64,000 bases of DNA from Mobula hypostoma. Taxonomy: Eukaryota. The DNA is taken from positions 86,304,001-86,368,000 of the forward strand of contig NC_086101.1 of NCBI RefSeq assembly GCF_963921235.1, read 5' to 3'. Made by a program: the position numbers and the translations under genes. Shown piece after piece: positions 1 to 11,616 of the stretch (position 1 is its first letter; each line of letters starts with the position of its first letter). The notes below the pieces were generated by a model that ran no database searches, was not told the DNA's origin, and saw only the letters and a list, made by a program, of their open reading frames with translations.

Positions 1-370
1 TTATTATCAAAGAATATATAAGTTATACAATCTTGAGATTTGTTTGCTTTCAGCAGCCACTAAGCAAGAGACCCAAAAGAACCCAATAGAAAAAATTAAA
101 ATGGGGACCAACACCCGATGTGCAGAGAAAGAGGCAAAATACACAAATCAGGCAAACGTTAGAAGCGAGCAATAACATTGAGAACCAAAATCATTTCTTA
201 GATCCGAACACCAGGGCAGCCTGGAGTAGGCCCAAGCCTCAATATCAGTTCATCATATTAGTGGGCATGGAGCACAGCAGCCGCAGCAGTCGTAATACCC
301 TCAGCACAATGGAGAAGTGAGCCACCATTGCGGAAGAATTTGTAAAATCAGCTCTCACCTCTGAGCCCGC
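1..370 (-). mobile_element. Unclassified interspersed repeat (non-LTR/SINE-like 3' part), truncated by the window edge
   Basis: The motif ttattatcaaag...tacaa.cttgagatttgt...cagccac...aagaaacccaaaagaacc recurs at ~35940, ~54230 and more weakly at ~35070. Strand is inferred from the terminus resembling the reverse of the Rex1-type 3' ends in this window. Confidence 0.5.
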
Positions 371-384
371 CGCTCTGTCTTTCC

Positions 385-855
385 AGATGTCCCTCTATTT
401 CACAATAACCTTGTCCATTTTCAAAACACCTCTTAATTTTGTATCATCCGCAAACATTCAAGTCCAGGTCATTTATGTAAATAACAGAGGGAAAGGATCC
501 CAACACTGACACCTGCAGCACACAACTTGTCACTGGCCTCCATTCCAAGTAAGAACATTCATCTTCCTAACTGTGAGCCAATTTTGAATCCACCCAACCA
601 GTTCCTTCGAGATTCCATGGCCAGTGGAACCATGTTGAAGTCATTACTAATATACAAAAAGACAATATCCACTATCCAACCCTCATTTACCTTTTCTGTT
701 CCCTCTTCAAAAAACCTGAAAAATGTTTGTTAAGTATGTCTTTCCACACTCGAGCCATGTTGATTCCTAATCAGATTCTATCAATGCAAATACTGGTAGA
801 TCTTATCCCTCAAAATTCCTCCATTAAACTCTCCAGCCTGTAGTTTCCTGGTTTG
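385..855 (-). mobile_element. Degenerate CR1 LINE reverse transcriptase fragment
   Basis: The minus strand reads FADDT at ~441-455 and resembles the intact CR1 copies at 58-60 kb. Confidence 0.6.
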
Positions 856-884
856 TTTTTTTTTCTACCCACCTTAAGCAACTC

Positions 885-1082
885 ATGTTCTCAGTATTAT
901 TTTATTTGCACGGTTGGTCTTCTTTTGCACTTTGGTTGTTTGTCTGTCTACATCTGTTTATGTTTAGCTTTCACAAAATTCTTTTGTATTCCCTTTTTTC
1001 CTGTAACTTCCTGCAAGGAAGTAAATCTCAAGGTAGTCTATGGTAACATATACATACCTTGATAATAAACTTACTTTGAACT
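885..1082 (+). mobile_element. Rex1/Babar-type LINE 3' UTR fragment
   Basis: Ends ...atctcaaggtagtctatggtaacatatacataccttgataataaacttactttgaa, matching the 3' end of the Rex1 fragment at 42200-42258. Confidence 0.5.
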
Positions 1083-1139
1083 TCTTACAGAATGATACCA
1101 TCTTCCAGGCTTCAGGCACTTCAGCAGTGGCTAGCAGTG

Positions 1140-2190
1140 GGTTAAGGTTGAAAGGTGAACGTTTAAGGTGAACATGAGGGCAAACTTCGACACTCAGAGG
1201 GTCGTGAAGTTTTGAAAGAGCTGCCAGCACAAGTAATGCATCCCAGCTTGATTTCAACATTTAAGAGACGTTTGATAGGTACATGGATTGTAGGGTCTGG
1301 GGGCTGGGCAGGTCGATGGGACTAGACAGTTTAAATGGTTTGGCACAGACTAACTGGGCTGAAGGGCCTGTCCCTATGCTGTTCTTGGCCAAATGTAAAG
1401 TGTTGCACCTTGTACATTTAAAGGGACATTACATTGTTCAGGACAAGAGCTTCAACAGTGTTGGTGAGCGGAAGGATCTTGGGGTCCAAGTTCATAGCTC
1501 CCTGAAAGTGACTACACAGGTTGATAGGGTGGTTATGAAGGCATATGGCATGCTTGCCTTTATTAGTTGAGGCATTGATTGCAAAAGTTAGAAAGTTATA
1601 TCGTAGCTTTATAAAACTGTAGTTAGGCTGCATCTGGAGTATTGCATTCAGTTCTGGTCACCTCCTTATAGGAAGGATTTTGAGGTTTTGGAGAGGAAGC
1701 AGGAGTAGTTTACCAGGATGTTGCCTGAATTAGAGGGCATGTGCTCTAATGAGAGGTTGGATAAACACAGGTTGTTTTCTCTGGAGCAGCAAAGCCTGAG
1801 GTGAGATCAGATAGTTTATACTATTATAAAGGGCATAGATAGAGTAGTCAGACAATATCTTGTTTCTAAGGGTTGAAATGTCTTATACCAAAGGGCATAA
1901 AGTTAAGGTGAGAGGGGGTAATTTCAAAGGAGATGTGAAGGGCATGTTTTTTTTTTACACAGACTAGTGAATACTAGATTGTGCTGCCCGTGGTGGTGGT
2001 AAAGGCAGAAACTTTAAAGACTTTTAAGAGATGTTTAGACAGGCAGATGTGTATGAGAAAAATGGAAGGATATGAGCATTGTGTAGGCAAAAGAGAATAC
2101 TTTAGTTAGTCAATTGATTACTAATTTAACTGGCTTGTCACAACGTTCTGGGCCAAAGTGCCTGCTGCTAAGCTGGACTGTTCTATGTTC
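1140..2190 (+). mobile_element. Two adjacent 5'-truncated CR1 LINE 3' fragments
   Basis: KCKVLH, DLGVQVHSSLKVTTQVDRVVMKAYGMLAFI and HLEYCIQFWSP motifs, plus CR1 3' UTR gggcc(g)aagggcctg-like ends at ~1360 and ~2150-2190. Confidence 0.8.
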
Positions 2191-4419
2191 TTTGGAACAT
2201 GTTTATTAAATATATAAACCAATAACAAATTACATTCCATTCTCTGCCAGTAAGAATATATAACAACAGAATACTTATTATTGACCTAATCTTTATGATT
2301 TTCAAAATTTCAAAGATTCGCAGGAATGCATCCCTCATATCAATTGAGTCATAACTGTAATCGGTTTTGTTCATGCCGCACTATTTTCTTATCTTTTATT
2401 GTATTATAATATTTTCTGTTCAACTCCCCTCCCTATTCCCCATCTTACCCAAATGATTTGAAGTCCCTCCAACAACATTTACTCTGTTGATGACACTGAT
2501 ATTTATGATACTTTTAAACACTTTTTACTGCAAATTAACTAACATGGTACAGTCATTTTGCAGACATGAATCATGATGTTCCATTACACAAATCGGCAAA
2601 GTCCCACGCCATTTGTAAATGAACATAATCAAACTTGTGTATGTTAAGGACAAGAAGTCACTATCAATCACTGAACCAAGATGGCAAAGGACTTGGAACA
2701 CTATTTATCAATCCATTCTGCTGCACTGCTGGATTTAATTTTGAGCTATTTACAAATACAGTACAGCTGCTTTTTTTAATGCAGCTTTTTCAAACTAGCT
2801 GTATCATCCCCCACAATCAGTATAATTAGGAAGCACAATGATGATAGAATAAAGCACTTTAGTTTAAATAGCATATTGGGATTTGTTGATTAAAACGGGG
2901 GGGGGAATAATTGGGAAAGGGAAAAAGACAAGGTAAATCAAGTGAATTGAAAGTGAAATGAGTCAATAATTAATTATTGTTTTGGATTTTCTGAAATCTG
3001 GCAGTTTTATACGATTCAGTGTCTAGCTGAGTACTAATGGAAACATTACACATTGACTGATGACATGAAATAAAGTGAATAACATAAATTAAAATAGGTT
3101 TTATTTGGTAAAGCAGCCAATAAAGTCCTACAAGTATCTTGGACTATGAGAGATGAGCTGTGTAAAAGCAAACAGAAACCTTATTTGATGTATCAATCAA
3201 CCAAGCAGCAAATACTTAGCACCTATACAGTTATCAAAACTACCGATCTTTTGGAGGACAACATAAATTTTATCCATAAAACTTAATCATGGCTCAAGAT
3301 TGTTATGTTGCTGTCAGGTGTCTATTCTTAAGTAAACCATTGGATGCCAAAATCTGCTGTCACCTTTTTTCTGTATGGAAAACTTGTAGAGTTAGTAACC
3401 AGGCTACTGAGCTGGATTCATCGGATCTTTAATCAACCTGTCTTCACCATCAGTTGGAAGACAAATGTCCCAGCTGCACATTGATCTTCCATCATGTATT
3501 TTGCTGCTTTATGGTGTGGGGCTGGTGTTCATATAATCTTCATTCACAGCCTTGTGATAGTTTACGCGTTTTGCTGTAACTCCTATAAAATGAGTGTGGG
3601 AGTCACTAGTAGGATTAACCTGCTCTCTGTTGCTTCATAGGCACACAGCAGGTAAGTTTTATACTGCCAGTAAATGAATAAATTACAGGACTGTGAAAGC
3701 TAATCTCAATTTTGTGTGTCTGTCCACCTCAGTAATAGCCCAATGTCACCAGCACCAATAAGTGAAGGCTGTGCCTCTGAAAGGGAAGCTGAAACTATGG
3801 CTGTAATAAGTGGCAAAGTTCAAACGAAGTATCTCTAGCAAACCATGTATTTGATACAATGTTCTTTGCTGAAGTTTAGGTAAGGGAATTGCAACCTGAC
3901 TGACAGGCAAACTTTTGCCTTCGGCTTCTAACTTGCCTTCCTCCTTCCTCTCCACTGCCTCCTCTGTCCTCAAGAAGTCTATTCTGCTCTGCACACCCCT
4001 GCCCCCTTCATTATCCTATTTTCTGGAAGATAAATTCACACCTATAGACCCATCTTTAACAACACTTGGTTTATGCAGAAGCAAGGCGAAGTGAGTATCT
4101 GAGTCTTCTGTCTCCAGTTGTTTGATGCTTAGTAAAATTTGCAAGAGTGTCTGTCTCATTTGTTTTTAAATACAAATATAGTGAAAAGTGTCATTATGTC
4201 TGCTTTAGCACCAAATACTGCAGCTTTCCTTCATCCCTGAATACAGAAAGGATATTTGATGCATGGAGTACGTGCTCTACAACCAAATTCAAATAGCATT
4301 GGTTGGGAGGTTCTTCCTGCTGTTCAATATTTTTGGTAGTTTGTACTTAAAGATAGCATTAAGTGGAGCATAATTCCCCATAGTAACCTGAAATGATTTT
4401 CTAAAACCTCTGTTTTTCA

Positions 4420-5395
4420 GAGTTGACCATGGACGTTTCACCCTAGGGGTTTAGATAGGCAAGTCAGTGCTGTATGATATGGAGAGCAAGTTGTTGCCCA
4501 TATAGCATGCTCCCCCTCTCCATGCATCTGATAAACCCAAAAAAATTACAGAGACTGATACAGTTTGGGACCAGCTACACTGCAAGAGTTGCCAGTCAAT
4601 GTTGAACTCAATGTAGGATTTCCTTCCCAGCAGATTATCGGCACCCAATTGCCCACCATTGAGAACATCTACCATAAATGCTGCCTGGGCAGGGCGAAAA
4701 GCATTATCAAGGATGCATCTCACCCTAACCATGGAATTTTTACTCTCCTCCCATCCGGTAGGCACTACAGGAGCTTCTGCTCCCACACCAGCAGGCACAG
4801 GAAGAGCTTCTTCCCTGAGGCTGTGACACTGCTGAACCTCATATTACAGCGCTAAACAGTATTGCACCCATATAAGAGTACTGAGACAGTACAATATTTG
4901 TGTGCTATAGCACTTATTTTTTATTTGCAACTATTTTGTAAATAACACTATTCTTTGCATTTCTGGTTAGATGCTAACTGCATTTCATTGGCTTTGTATC
5001 TGTACTTGGCACAATGACAATAAAGTTGAATCTAATCTAATCTTAGGGACTACAACTTTGGATTTTTCCCGTGGGGTTTACTCCTGAAGCCTTCCCACAT
5101 GCGCTAATAGCCGAAAGACAGCGGAGGTCTGAGATAAGTTTTCCTTCTCCTACATCAGCTGCCAACCATGGCTGACGTTCCCCATCTGCCAAAGTGACTG
5201 GCTTTAAGGTGTCAGTAATCCACCATTGCCCTCTCTCTAGTCAATGGAAATGGTTCCACCAGGCTTAGTAGCTAAGCCACACATGAAGGCCAGGAGCTGG
5301 ACATAGTTGTCAGAGGCTATTTGAGATGCATGCCATTGGGAGCATTTAATAGATAGTGGGAACTGAATCCAATAACTATCACTAAGTATAACAAA
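4420..5395. mobile_element. Unclassified interspersed repeat (possibly RTE-related), split by a Rex1 fragment at ~4628-5043
   Basis: GC-richer block whose two halves (..ctcaatgtaggatt | cttagggact..) appear continuous across the insert. Family identity is from pattern recall only. Confidence 0.4.
4628..5043 (+). mobile_element. Rex1/Babar LINE 3' fragment
   Basis: QIIGTQLPTIENIYHKCCLGRAKSIIKDASHPNHGIFTLLPSGRHYRS C-terminus; ends aataaagttg(aatct)3. Confidence 0.8.
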
Positions 5396-5514
5396 TGATT
5401 ACTGCATGCTGATTAGTATCATGGTTTCCACTGTTTTCATTGACATTCATTACACTATATGGACTCTGGGCAACTCATTCCACACAAGAATGGAACTAAA
5501 AATGAATCCAACAA

Positions 5515-6940
5515 AAATCAAAGCAACTGGACTTGCTGTGTTATCGAGAAGACATTTTGCCACTCATCCGAGAGGCTTCAGTTCTGATCCATGGTGAGTA
5601 GTTTTCCGGCTCATAAACTCTGTCTCAACACTACCTATTTCAAATACAAAAATGACTTCCGTAGGTAGAAACTCGGATGTGCCATGGGTTCACCAGTGTC
5701 TCCTATTGTAGCCAATTTATACATGAAAACAGTAGAAAGGACAGCCTTGAACACCTTCCATGGATCATCACCCAGTCAGTGGTTCAGGTATGTGGATGAC
5801 ACCTGAGTAAAGATCAAAATCCATGTGGTGCAAGCCTTCATAGAACACGTCAACTTGATGGATAATAACATCAAATTTATATGAGAAGACATTGAGAACA
5901 ATAGAACACTATATAGTATTTATCAAAGAAAATGGACATTGAGATATCGCAGTTTACAGAAAACCAACCCACACAGATCAGTACCTATGGGTTAACTCTC
6001 ATCACCCTTTAGAACATAAGTTGTTATCAAGACACTACACCACCACACTGAGAATGTGCCCACCAACATTACAGCTAAAGGCAAGGACTACAAGTATTTG
6101 AGAGAATCCTTGAAAGCTTGCAGCTACCCTGACAGGGCCTTCATCAAGACAGCAACAAAGACCAGCAGGAACATGAGCCCAACAGACAGAGGTAAGGAGC
6201 TAAGCAGACATAAAAGCTTAGTCATCCATATGTAGCTGGAGTTTCAGAGGAACTCAGAAGGATTTTCAACAAACATCAAGTCCTGGTGTTTTTCAAACCT
6301 ACAAACACACTCAGACAGAAACTTGTCAACCCAAGTATCCTACACCCAAACATAAACAGAGCAATGTTGTATATGGTGTCCAATGCAATGGAAGCTGCAC
6401 AGATCTGTATATCGGTGAGACAAAACATCCACTTCACAAACAGATGGCCCAACATAGGAGGGCTAACACCTCAGGTCAAGACCCAACTGTATATCTACAC
6501 CTAAAGGACAAGGGACACTCCTTTGATGATAACAATGTGCATAGTTTGGACAGGGAGGACAGGTGGCTTGAAAGAGGGTTAAAGAAGTCATCTTTGTCAA
6601 ACTGGAAAACTCGTCCCTGAATAGAGAGGGTGGGGTTTGATACCTACTATGTTACAATGCAGTCCTAACATTTCTACGCTGGCATCTCCACCTCTATTCA
6701 TGCAAATATAAGACTAATGACTCTCTCGTTACCTCTACAACTCTTAATGACCCTCATGTGATTGCTATATCTTAAACAAATCACAGTTTATAAACCAGAT
6801 ACTACCCGCCATGGATCAGAACTAAAGAAGACTCTTGGATGAGTAGTAAAACAGATTCTAGACAACACAGCAAGTCTAGTTGCCTTGATCTGCTACTGTT
6901 TGATATATAATGACCTGGATGACTGAGAACCTTCATAGTC
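5515..6940 (+). mobile_element. Penelope-like element (degenerate RT + GIY-YIG) with an inverted copy of its 3' terminus at the 5' end
   Basis: GCAMGSPVSPIVANLYM (~5676-5726), WFRYVDDT (~5780-5803), VYRKPTHTDQYL, NVVYGVQC..LYIGE (~6364-6420). 5519-5620 is an inverted repeat of 6785-6890. Candidate TSD aatccaacaa (5505-5514) / aatccaagaa (6941-6950). Confidence 0.88.
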
Positions 6941-8039
6941 AATCCAAGAATTGTGTAAAGTATTTGAATTCTATGCTCTTGTCCTATGAGAATTTCATGC
7001 CACCTCTATATAGCTATGTTAATTTCCAGTACAACTAATTTCTATCGCAATAATCCAATTGCTAATCCATGCATCACTTCCTGAAGAGTATATACTGTAT
7101 ATGTATGTAAATCATCTCTTTAAGGTAACATCCCTGAAGAAAGTCTGTAACACTAGCATAGAAAAAATCTAACTACTTTATGATTTTTATTTAGATAAGT
7201 ATACAAAGGCATGCTGCCTAAGGGGACAATTGTTCCTTCTGAACTTTACTGCTCTATGATTAAAACTAGTATCAATAGTAATCACAGGCTGAGAAGTATA
7301 TTAAAGAAAACACAATTATGAGAATGTATTCCAAGTGCCAGAGGCATATCTAATAACCAAGGTGTCCAACATAATAATATGATTTGCTTGATATTTGGAC
7401 TATTCATTTCTGGTTTTTTTTGGAGCAAAAACATGGAATAGTTTCCACTAGCTGATAGCATTTCATTTATCCATTTAGAAGAGGCGTATATTAAGTAGAG
7501 GCGTATATCATTCTCAATTTTTCTATTTATTCTTTCTATGTAGTCAGTTACCTCAAACATTCTTTCTATATGATTTACTAATAGTTGTGGCAAACTTAGG
7601 AGAAATCAAAGATATTAAGCAACTTGATAAACATTTTTCAGTTGAAATATTAAAATGTAAGAGAAATGCGAGACAATTATGTTGCAAATATAATCAGTAT
7701 CTATTCTTTAGAAAGAGAAGGGGAAGCCTTCCAACACTAAAACACACCTATTGTGGTTAGATGGCATTAATGACATGGTAATATTTTTTTTCCAACGTTC
7801 TGATCCTGACTCATTAGTCCTCAGCAGAGTCTCTCTCTCTTTTCTGTGACGAGGTCCAGGCCTGACATAATATTGAAGTTTTCTGTTGTTGTTACCATGT
7901 CCTTTTCTTTGGACAGGAATCCTCACCAAGTTCCAACCATTACTCCCAACTCCAGACTTCCTAATTCCAATCCACCTCATGCTTTGGCTTTTTGTTCACT
8001 GCCCTTGACTTATTCATTGAAAATTGCTAATGAAGCATT

Positions 8040-8490
8040 AATCATCTTGATTTTTTCATTCCCCTTACCCTAATTTATCTTCTCTTGAACTTGCAGCATT
8101 CAGTTTGCGTGGAATCATCCCCAATATTGCCATAAATCATGGTGACTATGATGGCAGTACTGCATACAGGTTAAGTGAGTGCAACTCATTGAACTCACGT
8201 CTGCTTCCCCATACACTTTCTTATGGACTCCCTGGTTCATGACTCCCCCAGTGAAGTCAGACTGCCTCTCCAAGGCATTCACAGGTCTTATTTCCTTTAG
8301 AGATTTTTCCTCCACAGGTCCTGGACTTGTAGTCTCCTAGCTCAACACTGCTCATTTCTACCTTTATGACCAAGATCCACATGCAATACTGTCCAGGTAA
8401 ACATATTTTTTCAGCCTGCTCTTGCCCCAGCAAACAGATCTATTTCCATCTTTATTCTCTATTTCTACCCCTGTTCCAGTTGCTTCTCAA
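8040..8490 (+). mobile_element. Degenerate fragment of a second Penelope-like family (N-terminal RT region)
   Basis: Resembles the family at 18140-19560; ttctacctt...aagatccac...tgtccaggta reads as an eroded FYL.PKIH..CPG motif. Confidence 0.45.
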
Positions 8491-8587
8491 TTAAAACCAG
8501 GTTCAAATTATTTTGCACTTAATTCTTGGCAAGTATGAACCTAAAGCTTATTGGTTCTAATTTTTTATTTAATTTTATTTATTTTTA

Positions 8588-8910
8588 GAATTGGGCTTTC
8601 CACCCCTTTGAACCATCTCACAATACCCAATTTAACCCTAACCCAAGGGTTCCCAAACTTTTTATGCCATTAATCAAGGAGTCCATGGACCCCAAGTTGG
8701 GAACCCCTACCCTAGCCTCATGTTGGGATAATTTACCTACTAACTGGTACATTTTTGGACTGTGCAAGGAAACTGGAGGACGCGGAGAAAACCCATACAT
8801 TCCACAAGCTGAGTATACCGACTTCTTAAATGTGACATCAGTAAATTGAACTCCGAACTCCATCCTGAGCTGTAACAACATCGTGCTAACGAATACGCTA
8901 CTTTGGCGCC
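8588..8910 (-). mobile_element. tRNA-derived V-SINE/HE1-like SINE carrying a small MITE
   Basis: Central ttttggactgtg..ggaaactggag..cggagaaaaccca core on the plus strand; tRNA-like head on the minus strand near 8850-8905. Confidence 0.55.
8644..8709. mobile_element. hAT-type MITE (~66-80 bp family)
   Basis: TIR caagggttccca / ttgggaacccct; 8-bp TSD ccctaacc / ccctagcc. Sister copies at 30362-30440, 31657-31720 and 32068-32146. Confidence 0.7.
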
Positions 8911-9779
8911 CATGTTTACCTCATAGTGTGTACATGTTTTAAGGGTATCCACAATGATAAAAAAAACTAATCAATTGAAATATTTGTTTTATAAATGTTG
9001 AGATTTCATTTTTTGTATTTGCTTTGAAATCTGTAATGTGTTTGTTTAAGAAAATGTCTAAGAAAATTCATTCTGTTCTACCTGGCTTAATACGTAACAA
9101 GAACGAGCAGCATTTACAAATAGGTTTTGCTGGTGAGGAGGGAGGAGCATTGCTTTCAATTTCTGGTTTCTGTCAAGCTTAGCTGGACAATACCACTTAA
9201 GAGAACTGCACAATGGAACTGTCCTCCTTGATTTGAATAGTGAAAACCCAGCTGATTGTAACAAATCAGAGACACTGAGTTTACCAAATCAAAACTGGCA
9301 GATCAGCTGTGGCCTATTTAGTGTTGGCTAGCCTGCCAATATTTACATTTGATTGTTGCCATTCATCAAGCTTCAGAAAAGATAGAAGAAGTACTCCACA
9401 TGTGGATTAACTGCAGATGATGCAAATGAATTTAAATTAAAAATGCATATGAAACACATCACTTCAAGTTAAAATTTCTGTCATGGTACTGTTTTCCAAC
9501 CCATCATAAGCAGTCTGTTTGAGCACTACATTTGGAATATAAAATTATAAAAACAGAAGGGTTGAGAATCTCGAAGGGTAATTCATTACAAATCTGCAGC
9601 TCAATTAGAATTACTGCGTTCAGATTAAAATCAAAATATTAATGACACATTGAGAGGAAACAATGCTTTTTTTTAAGTTTCTCTGTACTGATAGTTTAGT
9701 TCAATGTGATTTTCAATGCAGTGCCTTCTCTTTGTCATTTTCTTTTCCTTACAGTTTCCTTGCCTAGGTTTATTCTGGT

Positions 9780-10805
9780 AACTTTTTAAATCATACCTAA
9801 ATAGAATGTAAGGAATAAATACTGTAATCAAAAATTTCCCAGAAGTAATGGAAAGAGTAAAAATCTCCACATTGTTACCAGAGCCATGTGCAAATTGGCA
9901 CAGAGTTAATAAGATCAGAGAGTTAAATGTGTGCTCAAAGATTGGTGTGGATGAATTATGTTTGAATTTGTGGGATATTGGCACCAGCATTGAGGAAGAA
10001 GAGAGTTGTTCCAATGGAACAGACTCCATCTAAACTATGCTAGAGTACACCAGTCAAAGCCATGCAGGAGATCAGGAGATGGCTTTAACTGGTGTATTCA
10101 CATTGCAGCGGGAGAGAAAGAGAGAGAGAGAGAGAGAAAAAAAAATGCACGTGTGTAGACAACAGATCAATACGTAGTTCTGGGGGGTGGTTGGTGGTCA
10201 TTGCTCTAAAAGAAATAGACCCATACATTATAGACAGGGCTTTAAACCAAATAATGGGGAGTAAGGGGATGAACTCAACACCATGGAAGAGTATGAATAA
10301 GGTTAAAAGGAAGGAGAGTGGTTACTGAAATCTCTCAAATAAAGAATAAAACAGAGTTGAAAGAAGAATAAGAATTTAACTTGAGGCAACGTGGGGACAA
10401 AATTGAAAAGAAAGGTGGTGAATACAGGACTAAACATGTTTTGTGTTATACTTGAATACATGGAGTATAGAAAATTAGTAGATGATCTTGTAGTACAATT
10501 AGGAATTGGCAGGTAAGACATTGTGGACATCACAGAGTTGTGGTTGAAAGAAGATCACAGCTGGGAATTTAACATTTAAAGATGCACATGTATTGAAAGG
10601 ACAGGCAGGTGGGCAGAAGAGATGTGGTGGCTTTGTTTGTAAAAAAAAATGAAATCAAATCCAGAGAAAGAAGTGTCATAGGATCGGAAAATGTACAATC
10701 CTTGCGGGTAGAGTAAAAAAGAGCTGCAAGGTGTACAGCTGAGTAAAGGTAGCTACAGAGGCATGAGAGAGGAGTTGGTTAAAGTCGATTGATAAGGGAC
10801 ACTGG
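9780..10805 (+). mobile_element. Degenerate CR1 5' portion: ORF1 esterase (SGNH)-like remnant and ORF2 APE endonuclease start
   Basis: RVKISTLLPEPCANWHRVNKIRELNV; from ~10445 an eroded LYLN..SI..VDDL..Q....DIV.ITE.WL motif. Confidence 0.65.
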
Positions 10806-11616
10806 CAGACATCCCACCTCTCCCGAAAGTTCTGGGAGTTTCCCACATATTGATAGCGACTCCCTGATGCCCGCAAATTATATACAATATCCCAGAAAGC
10901 GAATTTTTTTTGAGAGCGAGGGAGTGACAGAGAGAGCATCCTGATTGGTCTCTCTTTGTGCTAAGTAGACCTATCAGTTTTCTCTGTGGGCGGGCTTTAC
11001 AGTTGACCTTTCTCTCTCTTTCATTGTCCATCAATTCAGTTTAGTATCCTGCAGAGTGTTCCAAAAAAAGAAAATATAAAAAGTACCTCACCCCAGACTA
11101 CACTAAAGTGTACCCCTGCCTAATAGGGATCAAAAATAATGATGCCAAATTCTAATTGTGATGTAGAAAGGACATTCAGCATGGTGCGTCATATTAAGAC
11201 TGAATTCAGAAGTCAGCTGTCTCACAAAACACTTGTGAATCAGATGTCTTGCAAAATTAACGATTTCAAAGACACAGACTGCTATGAGATTGAGATTTCC
11301 GGCAAAATGCTCAAATCTGCCAAGCAAGCCACATCACAGTACAAGGAAAGTCTGAAAAAGAAATAGAAAAGCTATTTGCATTAGCATTTAGCTATTAGCA
11401 TTGAGACTGCCAACAAAGTACTCAACAAGGAATATATATATGTAAATAGTTTCAATATGTGATCAAGTAAATTGTTGTGTTCTTTCACAATCAAATGTCC
11501 TGTATACATACACCCTTGGAGGTCGACCCGGGTGGGTGGCGGGTATATGAGGTTGCGGGGGGCGGGGGTGGTGGTGTTACCTCCCTGAAATGAGTTTTTG
11601 CAGGATGGGATGTCTG
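10806..11616 (+). mobile_element. Internally deleted hAT-superfamily DNA transposon retaining the transposase C-terminal dimerisation domain
   Basis: TIRs cagacatccca / tgggatgtctg; flanks cactgg / cactag; ORF 11139-11366 SNCDVERTFS...KMLKSAKQAT. Confidence 0.8.
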
